Source: Paramecium tetraurelia (lineage: Eukaryota). From it: a stretch of 64,000 nucleotides of DNA. Under the pieces are notes generated by a model that saw only the letters and a list, made by a program, of their open reading frames with translations, had not been told where the DNA came from and did not search any database. The position numbers and the translations under genes are program-made. The stretch covers positions 501,027 through 565,026 of the forward strand of contig CT868671.1 of NCBI GenBank assembly GCA_000165425.1, written 5' to 3'. Positions 50,956-64,000 of the stretch are shown here, one piece after another. Every line of letters begins with the position of its first letter. Within the stretch, counting starts at the first letter, position 1.

Positions 50956-52567
50956 TCAAAAAGGCCCTATAAATTTAATTTTATTTCTCCAAACTGGTTT
51001 GCTCTATGTTTTGTGGAGACTATCCAACTGATTGTTTTCTTTATTAATTATCTTACAAATCAAATGACTTATTATTTGAAGGCCTAGTGTTACCAGATGT
51101 CAACATAACATTACTCTTATGATCCTATTTGTGATTGGAACTCAAGATATTGCTATAGATAGAGATTTATGGAATCTTAATTTATAATTCTTTTTAATTC
51201 ATCATCTAATCTTATATTTTTTTTTTTAAACTTTATCCATGTTTTGAATACTCTTATAAATAATAATCATCTTCCTTATCACTTAAATCTTATTCTAAAA
51301 TAAATTTTTTTGGATCAAAATGCGATTATAAATCATCTAAATCACTCCAATTAATTCCATTTCCATCCTTCAAAGCAGATTCCATTTATTTGAAATTCCT
51401 CTTGCATCTTTAGGTCAAATTAACTTTAGGAAATTATTATTCAATAACCAGTCTCTCTTTTTTTACACTTTCAACTCTTAGTTTCGGTTTCGGAGGTAAA
51501 TAAATTTTTCGTTCATACAGTTTTTCTTATGTGAGTACTTCACCTTGTTCTTTTGAATTAAATGGCTTACCTATGATTTGCATTTTCTTTCTATATAATC
51601 TAGGATTGTTTAAACCCAAGTATTCATACAAGAGTTCATTTTGATCAGGAAAAATCAATTACGCAATTTTTATGATAACAATTTAAAAGTTTTCTTTGGT
51701 CAACTCCATTTGAGAATTGGCATTTTTTTTGTAAACTTCTACTAAGTTAAATTTCGTTAGGATAAAATTTTGTTTATGATTGAATTTAAACTGATTTTTC
51801 TTCTTATTTGTTAGATCATCTATTTTACCTCCTAGGTTTAAAATCAAATCATTATTAATTTCTAAATCAATCAGCTCAAAATCTCTACAGAAGAACATGA
51901 ATTTTTATAATATCATAATGTTTGACAATTATTGGAGCTTCTCAAATGTATTGTATTTATTTGTTGTAATTGCTTATTTGGAGTAAAATGAGTAAATTTC
52001 TTTTAAATTTTCGATCATTTACCTATCAAGAGATTTGTTTTTATTATTGTCTTGGGGAATATCCTCCTTCTCCACTATTTGTTATGGTTTTTAATGATGT
52101 TGATTTTAGATTGTGTTACCAATCTGAGGGTTTTTAATGATTATTTATTTGTGTTTCTGAATCTAATTCTGAATTGTATTTGCGGCTTACATGACAATTA
52201 ATTGAGGCTGTTAGGATTGAGTATCAGGTTGAATTTCATCCAGATTTTGATACGAATTAGTTTGTTGATCATTGATTTCAGTTAAGACTTACTTGACATC
52301 AAGTTCTATGTCATTCTCTTTGGCTTCATCTTGTGTTAAATCTACCTGACTACTCATGGGATTAGCCACATTGTCTGAATCTTATTGATCTACATTTTTA
52401 TGATTGTGAATATCCAGTAAATTGGCTTTGCTGCTTTATCTGCTTGAGTGCTTATAGGAATTGGGTAATATTGGAGTTAGACGCAAGGGGGATTAATTTG
52501 GATTATTTAATTTTTATGGAGAAGTAAGACGATTAATTATCATAGATTCCTCAATAATGTTAGTCAT
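50956..52567 (-). CDS. Hypothetical low-complexity protein
   Basis: MTNIIEESMIINRLTSP...KPVWRNKIKFIGPF*; interior only spot-checked. Confidence 0.65.
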
Positions 52568-52595
52568 TATTAATATTTTTTGTTCGTTAAAATAA

Positions 52596-53306
52596 ATGTA
52601 ATCAATACTTACGCAATGTGAATGCTTAGATGAGGAATATAAATAATTAGTCATGAAAATACATGATATGCTAGATAACTTGAGTATAGTTAGTCTGGAA
52701 TTTGTGAATTCTAAATTAGAATTTTTGGATAAATACTCTAAAACGCTAAAATCCAGTTAGATCGATGCTCGTTTGCATCGTAATTCATAGATGAGGAATT
52801 TAATTGAGTATATAAAGATGCATAAGAAAACTTAGGTAAAATCTTAAGCACAATCTCCTCCGGCGAAAATGGCTCATCATAGGCCAAAGTATTCATTCAA
52901 TGAGAAAGCATTTTCGAATTTGCTCTATGAAAGCATGAACTAAATCACCTAACAAAAGACGTAGGACAATGAGGCGGAAATGCAGTGTTCAAAATCATAG
53001 GCTCTAAAATAGAAAAGCTTGAATACTTTGTAAATTTTAATTAAGAAACAAAAGAGTGACTAAAGAAAGGGAAATGAGGATATGTTTAAATTATTATAGA
53101 AATGCATGAATCTCATAGGAGGGAACAAGCATTTATTTGATGAGCATGATGAATTGCAGCAAGAATATCAACGGATAGTAAAGAACAACAAACACATTTC
53201 AAGCAAAGTCAATTTAGAGATGAAGTCTTCCAAGATAAAACAAAATATTTCCTAATTAATGGCTAGCTAAGAATCATTTAAGTCATACTTGAACTCAATA
53301 ATATGA
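52596..53306 (+). CDS. Hypothetical protein (236 aa)
   Basis: 711-nt code-6 frame, ATG to TGA. Confidence 0.7.
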
Positions 53307-53388
53307 TTATTATTTATATATACTTATTAGTTTTTATATTATTTCAATTCAATAAAATCTCAAATTACCTAAAAATTCTCAATTTTTA

Positions 53389-55972
53389 ATGAGCAACAAT
53401 TAATACAATAGCAAAAAGCTGGCACCATTCAAAAAGACTAGAGATGCTCTAAAAGATGAGTTGAAAATACTTGTTCAAGAATACTAACAAGAAGAATAAC
53501 TTAATGATATTTACTTTGATGAAATTGGCCGTGCAGAGAAAGTAAAAATACAATATCAACTTAGGAATTTGAACAACTTATCAAATAGATAGAGGTCTTT
53601 AATCGAAATAATCATTCAATGAAAAATGAGAAATAGACAGACTAAAATTAAGGGTTTGATGAAACGATAGAAAAAAATGTTATCGATACATTGCATCTCT
53701 TCCTTTTAAATACAAGCAAGAAGGAATATTTAGAAGCCATCTAGGAGACAGAAATTGCAAAGAAATCAAAATAAGTGGGTAATTTAGTCATGAATTCTGA
53801 TCAACCAAACCCTTTGGTTAAAGAATAAGATGACTAAGAAATTCAAGAAATGAAAAACGAAAATGGTTATTATGTTACTTTGAGATAAGGAGAAGCTTAA
53901 TTTGAAGTGAGAATTCCTTTACATATCAAAACATTCAAAGAACTCAAATCAATAGTCAAGTCATGTGTTATGGCAGAAGAAAAGGAAGTCTTTTATACGG
54001 ATTACTTAGGTAATTTATTATAGCCAGAAATGAATGTTATTAATGAACTCTATCCTCCTATTTATGAATTACTCAGAAACTATCAACCAACAATTGGGAT
54101 TTAAATTGTGAAATAGAAAAAGATTAAAGATGACACTAAATTCACAGATGCTGATTTTGGCCTTGACGGTCTTAATGACCTTATGACCAAACAACTTAGA
54201 CAAACAAAGAGAGCTAAAAAGCAAATCAATTGGTCGTAATACTTAGACTACCTAACAAGTTTTAAATATCTGCTGGAATCATTTCTCTTTTTATCTCTAT
54301 TAATACTATATGTTTTGATAGAAGTAGATGAAATTAAATTTGTAACTAATAGTTAATTGCTCACTACTCTTAATTAATAATTTTCAATTTAGAAGTCCTA
54401 CATTAATCCGATCAGCAATATTTCTGAACTTATTCTTTTTACCATTCCGGATGATTATCACATTACTCCAATACATCCCTTAAAATCAGCATTATTAGTG
54501 TAAACTCTTGTTGGTATTGTAATTATGAATTTATATTTAGGAAAACTTTGATAATTGTCACATTTTGAATGAAAATCAAAGAGAGATCTTTCTTGAAAAA
54601 AACTAGTCTTGCTTAAAATATGATGACATTCTAACAGATGATCTTAATAATAATTTCACATAGACTTAATTCAATCCTTAATAATACAATCCTAATTTTG
54701 GAGGATATGTATGGGAATTCAATCTGAGTTCAAAAGAGAGTTTTAAAGAAAGTTATGATAGGTTAGTCGAAGAAAGTTGGGTTTAATATAATATTAAGCA
54801 ATCAAAATTTATATTAAATTACTATAATAGCCCATCAAAAAGATTAATCCAAGTGGTGATAACATCCTTGTATCTCTTCAATGATGTTTAAATTTATTTA
54901 TTTCTAGAATCTGCTGAATTATAATAGTATTAAATCAGAAGCTTTCGACTTAAGTGAAGAACCAAGTGCATTCATTATATACAAAAATGTTATTTTTTAT
55001 TGCGCAATTATACTTTTAATATCATCATTCTTTGGTATTGAAATAAATATATTTTGAGATTTTTTTGGATTGTATTTAGCTGGAACCAAAAATCATTTGA
55101 TTGAACTCTATTTATCATACAACGAATTACTCAACAAGAAAAAGAAAATGTAAGCTAAAAAGAAGGAAATAAGTGAATAAGATCATAGAATTATGTTATA
55201 AAAAGAGCTCATCCTTAGTGAATATTTTATCATAAATCTAAAAGTGGTTTTCATCGTTATTAGAATCCCTCTAATATTTGATATCATATGTAATTATAAA
55301 ATATAAATTAGACATAATATGTTAATTAGGATTAGTAATTAAAAGGACTATTGATGTGTAATATGGAGCTGCACTAAATTTAATAGATTTGCAATCAAGT
55401 TAATTTCAAGATACTACGACTTTATTCGGACCATTATTATTGGCTAGAATTTACTCTGCTGTGTTGCTACTATTTTTGATGATTTCGATAGTCAGATTTC
55501 TTGGTAATTGGAGTCCATATTTGAAATGCTATGGTTTAGTCATGATTAGAGTAAAAATCTCATTAAATTTTATAGTTTAATAAAGAATCATGGTTTTTGT
55601 TACTAGTTTTAATCTATATAATTAGTATTTGTGCAATGTCTTGGTCTATAACTTTACAAGGTAAATTAATTAATCATGATAATTTCTTTTTCACCTTCAT
55701 AGGATTGTTAAGATGTACATTAAAATATGGATTGCATAACGATATTGATCAACAAGGCTTTTTTAATAATTATGTAAAAGAAATAAGCTACTCATTTGAT
55801 ACAAGATATGTATACGTTTTTTAAATCCTAATAGTTACAATACATAATTATAATTTGTATTTCATTGATAATGGTTCCAATTTTTATTTCGTTAATGACA
55901 TAATAAGTTCATAATACTAAAATAGAAGCGAAATAAAAAATGCTAGAAATGAAAAAATAGGTAGAAGAATGA
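53389..55972 (+). CDS. Polycystin-2 (PKD2/TRPP)-like cation channel
   Basis: TM1 followed by a large extracellular loop (PNFGGYV, VEESWV...LNYYNSP), several further TM segments, pore-like NFFFTFIGLLRCTL, final TM and short coiled tail. Confidence 0.7.
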
Positions 55973-56002
55973 ATTTAGTATTGCATTAAAATATATAAAA
56001 TT

Positions 56003-57230
56003 TCATGTTTTGCGCAAAGTATTAGTTTTTTTTAGGATCTCTTAACTATTTTCGTATTATTTATCAATCAATTCTAAATCTAAGCATTTTTTACTTGGTT
56101 GTCTCTTACTATTTTGATCACTAAAACTTTTGGCTCTCTAAATATAGTATAGATATTTATAATTACTGAGCTAAGATATTCATATTTGATTGGATTTTAT
56201 TTATTATTGGAATTATTGATATATTGGATGTTTTAAGGAAAGTTGTTTTGATACAAGGATTTGGAGCCTGATCTAGTATTGTCTGCAAAATAATTTTAGG
56301 GTTTAGTGTTATTATTTGGGGTTTTTGATACAGTTGACTGCAGCGGGATTTAAAATTCGAATCCTGCAATGGAATTTTTATTTTAACAGGATTATACAAT
56401 ATTTTGAGATCCACCAATACTAAGAAGAACCTCTAAAATAATAATAGGAAGTTTTACGTTTGGTATTTTATTAACTATTTAAATATGCAGAGGGTTCTTC
56501 AACAACTGTTGATAATCTTTAATCTTTAATTTTAATCTTTTTCATATCAAGCTATTTAGAGTTTTTCATATTTTCTTTAGATTCTTGCATTTATAATTGT
56601 TTTGATGAAAGGGTGCAAGGTTATATTTAGTTTTTTCGATCAGTGTTATTTTTTGTGCTTTAAGGCAATGAGAAACCCTCCATATTGAGAGTGGCTTTAA
56701 TACCTTACTACCCAATTTTGTTGAAATTTTTGAATACTTCTGCTGATTACTCTGTCACTTATATTTCAGGCTCATAATATTATTGCATTTCTCGGTTGAT
56801 ACTCTCATAAGCACTATCAAATGGCGTTCCTTAATAATTAACAATTGACATCTAAAATATGAATATGTTCACTTTTTTAGGATTATTTAGTTCATTTTGA
56901 AGATTATCATTGTTGTATATCTCTGTATCTTCTAATTTTCTGAGAAAGAAATCATCTGGCTCTGTTTTATGTCCCATCCTTCTAATAGGAGAGATCGGCA
57001 TTTATTGAGGTTTCTTGTTTGGTTTGGAGAAGTACTACAATATCTGCTGTATAAGAATGGTCTAAGCAGTATTATTATGAAAATACATTCTGATTTTGTT
57101 GTTTAGAATTCTATACTTGTAATTCCATGATTTAAGTAAACACTTTAGTCCAACTTTTCAGTGTCTTCTTTATTGACTTAATATCATTGACTAGTTGATC
57201 TCTTACGAAGACGCCTTGCTCATCCATCAT
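56003..57230 (-). CDS. Hypothetical protein
   Basis: Open after removing short introns (e.g. a 25-nt intron near 57062-57086). Confidence 0.65.
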
Positions 57231-57262
57231 AGTTGTTATAATTAAATATATAAATATCGTTA

Positions 57263-59969
<2,707 letters not shown>

Positions 59970-60033
59970 ATTAGTTAATTTCCTTGAGTGAATTTGATTT
60001 TACAATTAATTTTTTAGTCAACTTAATTTATAC

Positions 60034-62056
60034 ATGATATAAGTCCTTGATCAAAACGATAGAGAAATATACAAATATCGATTGCTATAAGGAGAAAATA
60101 GATTTGGTAGTGATCCAAAACAATGTAAGCACCTCATAAGAAATGTTCAGGGTTTTCTCTTCTCTGTCGTAAATCTACATTTTAGAAATTTAGGCTTTAC
60201 TGAAAAATGATGTGTATTTAACTCATTTCAGCAGTTCAGATTAAGTTTTTAAAGAAGCAACTTTGTAACAGGATTAAAAAGTCGAGATACCAAAAAATTT
60301 CATAATTGAAATGGTTCCAATCAGAAATTATTATTTTTAAAACATTAAGTTCAAATTGCTTAACTTAGTTGATAATGCTTATTTAAATAAATAATGCATC
60401 TTTCAAACAACATAAGTCTTAGAAGATTTTGGTGGTACAATGGCTTTGGATGATATTTTGGATTGCCCTTAATAAATTATAACTAAAATTTCAGCTACTT
60501 AATAGGTTTCAACAACTTAAATCCTAAGTTCCTAAGATCAAGACTTATCTTAATCATTAAAGTTTGATGAAAATGATTCATCAGCCTTATCAAGTTTGTA
60601 AGAACTAATTTAACAGTATCCAAGAATTAATTAAATGATAAAATCTAACTCTTCTACAATTGATACATCAACTTAAACAGAAAATATGGAACTAGAACCT
60701 CAATAATAGAAATCTAGAACTTTATTTAGCGAATTATTTAAATTTAAAAAGTTAACTCCATAGATACAATAAACTTCATAGTTATCTAATCCAATTAATA
60801 ATCATTAATATTAGTCTACACAAATTGATTAAACAATTCTTGATTCATAAATATAAAACGTAAATTCAGATGATATACAGAACTCTTAATTTTTGAAGAA
60901 AAAGGCCGAGTAAGGAGGCACAATAATTGATGAAGATTTAGAGAAAGCTTTTTCTTCTGAATAAAATAACAGGAGTATTAAGTAAGAAGAATCTACTTTC
61001 AAACGCTTAAACAGCACAAAATCAGACAATGTTTAAATTACTTGTTCAAGACTAGAAAATAATTCAAAAATTGAATTAAATGATCTTTTTGGAAGTTTGC
61101 CAGAATTACCAAATTAATAAATTTAATAATAACCAAAATCGATTAAAAAGTTCAACATGACTAAGTCTAATATTTTAAATAATAGGTTTGAGGATGCTTT
61201 TCAGGATATGTATAAATCTTAAGATTAAAAAGAATAAACTCCAATAAAATTGAGAAGCTAGATTTAGAAATTAACTTCAATAATTGGGAAAGAAGGAAAA
61301 AAACAAAGCAAAAGTGATTTGAAGAAAGTAGCATTATTAAAAAAAATAACTGATGAAATTTCTGATGAAACCTCTGGAGAACCTGTATAATAAAAATACA
61401 ATATAAGACATGCTAATTCAATGGAATTACCAGCAAATAAATTAATATAGCAAAATAACTCTATTAATAATAAGTAAAAGGAAAATTAAAGACCTTTCTT
61501 AAAGAAAAATAAAATTATTCGTTTAATTGCATTTAGCGGGTTTTAATAACATGAAATACCAAAATCAAATGATTTAAAATTATTAGGTTTAGAAATTGTG
61601 AGTAATCAATTAGAGAAATTTGACTTGCTAGTCTTGAATAATCCTCCAAAAAGAACTTTCAAATTTTTAAGTGCTTTGATGCTTGGGGCTGAAATAGTAA
61701 CATTAGATTGGTTGACTACTTCGCTTAAAGAAGGAAAGGTAATTTAACATTTCCAGAATTACATTCCCAACAGCGAAGAGTTTTTAAATTCTTTTGGATT
61801 CAGCATTTAGCAAATCTTATAAAGTAGGGATTCCTATTTTGAAACAAATGAAAATCTAGTACAAATATTTGATGGGAAATATTTTGTTAAAGTGGATGTT
61901 ACACCTTCAAAGGCCGAAATTGAATATCTAATAAAATTAGGAGGTGGATAGATATAATAGAAGCCTGATAAAAATGCGATCATCATAAGCGATATTAAAA
62001 TAGGTAATTCTATGCCATCAGATTATATTCTGGATGGATGTATGTTTCAATAATGA
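60034..62056 (+). CDS. MDC1-like protein: FHA-like N-terminus, SQ/TQ-rich middle, C-terminal tandem BRCT
   Basis: LLQGENRFGSDP; IAFSGF...KRTFKFLSALMLGAEIVTLDWL...FGFSIQQIL...IFDG...VTPSKAEIEYLIKLGGG...PSDYILDGCMFQQ*. Confidence 0.8.
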
Positions 62057-62222
62057 CAGTGTATTTCTGAATGTTTTTCATATTTATATAATTGCTCAAA
62101 TTTTGAGAGAGTATTTTACTATAATTATAAAAACCTAATAGTATTGAAAAATTCAGAAACATATCACTTAATTTGAAAAATGATATAAACTGATTTTGAT
62201 TAGATATTAGGATATTATAAGT

Positions 62223-62540
62223 TCATTATAGATGTTCCATCCAATCTTTAGAACCGTTAATCCAACGTTCTTTATCACAAGTTGTATTCAAACTATTGTT
62301 TCTATACATGGTGGCCATCAATAAGTGCTAAAATTAACATAATTATTACATCAGTGAATTTTCCATTATGGTTATACTCTTTTGGAATCGGAATGTAGGA
62401 CGGCTTGCTGCCAATCAATTATCCATGAGTTCTATAGAATTACTTTGCATGAAGTTTCATAAATTCTAATACATATAGAGGATGATTTGTATACCTTCAT
62501 CAGAAAGTTCTTTGGTATTAATTGATTAATTGGTGCTCAT
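62223..62540 (-). CDS. PIERCE1/2-like (C9orf116/FAP182-type) ciliary microtubule inner protein
   Basis: FYRTHGQLIGSKP...NGKFTDHLLMATMYRNNSLNTTCDKER matches the PIERCE YRT...G...KF...MYRNNSLN signature; two introns. Confidence 0.75.
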
Positions 62541-62941
62541 GCGAATTTAAGTTTGAAAATATAAATATTAATTAATCGTTCACATTAAGTAACAACTTTT
62601 TTATATATATAAAATAAATTCAAAATTATTATAAAATATTACAGAATTCGATGATACTAAATTAATATTATCAGATATTTTTCATTCTATGTAATTTATA
62701 ATTAACGTTCAAGATTAATACTCAACTTGCTTGGTTATCAAAATTCAGTTTAAATGATTTTTAGATTTTTACATTCATAATTTATTATAGTTCTTTTTGA
62801 TAAGATATTGCAAGTAAAATTTTAGAAAGAGAAGGTTTTACTATTTATCATTTTTATAAAGCTAAGAATAGAATAAGCACTTAGAAAGAATTGTCTGATG
62901 TTCATTTAAATTATTAATATATTATTTCATATATGTAGTTT

Positions 62942-64000
62942 ATGAATTTGGAAGAATACTTATCTACAAGAATGCAGGAGATGTCCAAGTTTTATAATCA
63001 GCTCAATATTCCTAAATGTAACAAATGTTTATTAGAAAAGATGATGATATCAAGTACAATGTATAAGTTAAGGAATAACAAATTGAGAATAGAAGTTAAA
63101 AGCATTTTGAATACAAACAGGAAACTTCATAGAATTCATTCATTAATGAATTTATTGAAGAACCTTAACATTAGTAAAATAAATACCAGGACATCTTTGA
63201 TGAAATCCCAATAAAAGGAGCATAAAAACCATTTGAATAATTATTATAAGATCAAGGTATTGTTTAATAGGAGAAGAAGAATAAGAAGGAATTTTTAAAG
63301 AAGGGGACTCGATAATTTTTATCCAATGCATAGACAAGATCGGAACTATCAAAGAGAGAACATGAGGAGATCTTAAAGATGAATAATGAAAATGCAGTTG
63401 AATAATAACAGCAAAAAAAGCTACCTGTTCATTTTTTATAGAAGGGTAAAGGTAAATAATGTACACAAAAAGCAAATGATTCTATCTTGGACCATACTAA
63501 AAATGATGAAAGTATCATTTAACAACATGATGATAAAAATGATTTAAAAAAAGAGAAATATCTATTAGAGTAGCAACAAAAGGAATTGCAAAGGATGAAA
63601 TTTCAATAATAAAAATAATTGGAATAAGAGAAATTGGAATTTGAGAAATGGAAGGAAGAAGAAAAGAAAAAAATTGAGAGAATTACCAAAAAACATTATA
63701 CTATTCAATAATAAAGGTAACAGTAATTAACAACAAAATAATTGGAAGAATTAGATTTCTTAAGAAAAAGAGTGGCTTAATAAAATGAGGAGATTAAGGA
63801 ATTGAAATTTTAGTTGGAGAAATCATAGCAATAATTATAATAAATAAACAATTCTCAAAACATAAGCACTCATAATATTAATAAGCTGATTGCTTAATCA
63901 TCTCCTCCTTAAAGTAATTATTCTACTAAAGCATCCAATTTTTCAGAAAATAAAACAACTTCATATGCCATGATGCATAATAAACAAGGTTGTATTAATG
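62942..64000 (+). CDS. SAS-4/CPAP-like centriolar protein, 5' part (runs off the window)
   Basis: DEIPIKGAQKPFEQLL (PN2-3-like), HFLQKGKG, LEFEKWKEEEKKKI coiled coil; the diagnostic C-terminal TCP domain would lie outside the window. Confidence 0.6.

Overview
Very AT-rich, gene-dense eukaryotic DNA that reads cleanly only with the ciliate nuclear code (TAA/TAG = Gln, TGA = stop). Introns are tiny GT..AG introns of about 19-36 nt and intergenic gaps are often 16-60 bp. These traits point to a Paramecium-type macronuclear chromosome; the species is inferred, not shown. The supplied ORF track treats TAA/TAG as stops, so it shows only exon fragments plus many antisense artefacts. By hand translation I find about 45 protein-coding loci. 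They include three kinases (a CMGC-like kinase, a CDPK and an AGC kinase), an ankyrin+bromodomain protein, GUF1/EF-4, stomatin, a Rab-like GTPase, an E1-like protein, NOP10, Sec61-beta, a PUF protein, a glutaminyl-cyclase-like protein, a PPC/DUF296 protein, a CTD-phosphatase-like protein, an HTH protein, zeta-COP, a SHIPPO/STPG protein, an MDR oxidoreductase, a TLDc-like protein, anoctamin, a PKD2-like channel, an MDC1-like FHA/BRCT protein, a PIERCE-like protein and a SAS-4/CPAP-like protein. Two loci look like decaying pseudogenes (RRF and MORN). The most notable items are: an intact E1-like ORF lacking the ATP motif, the catalytic Cys and the UFD; a Rab-like GTPase with a C-terminal transmembrane tail instead of a prenylation motif; an MDC1-architecture protein; an anoctamin with a degenerate Ca2+ site; a protein with an unfamiliar DxxFQxNLxKFFxADDP repeat; and isolated frame breaks in otherwise intact GUF1 and Sec61-beta. 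No rRNA, complete tRNA, CRISPR array, telomeric array or intact transposon was seen. All family calls come from recognising motifs by eye, not from database searches, and exon boundaries are hand-placed.
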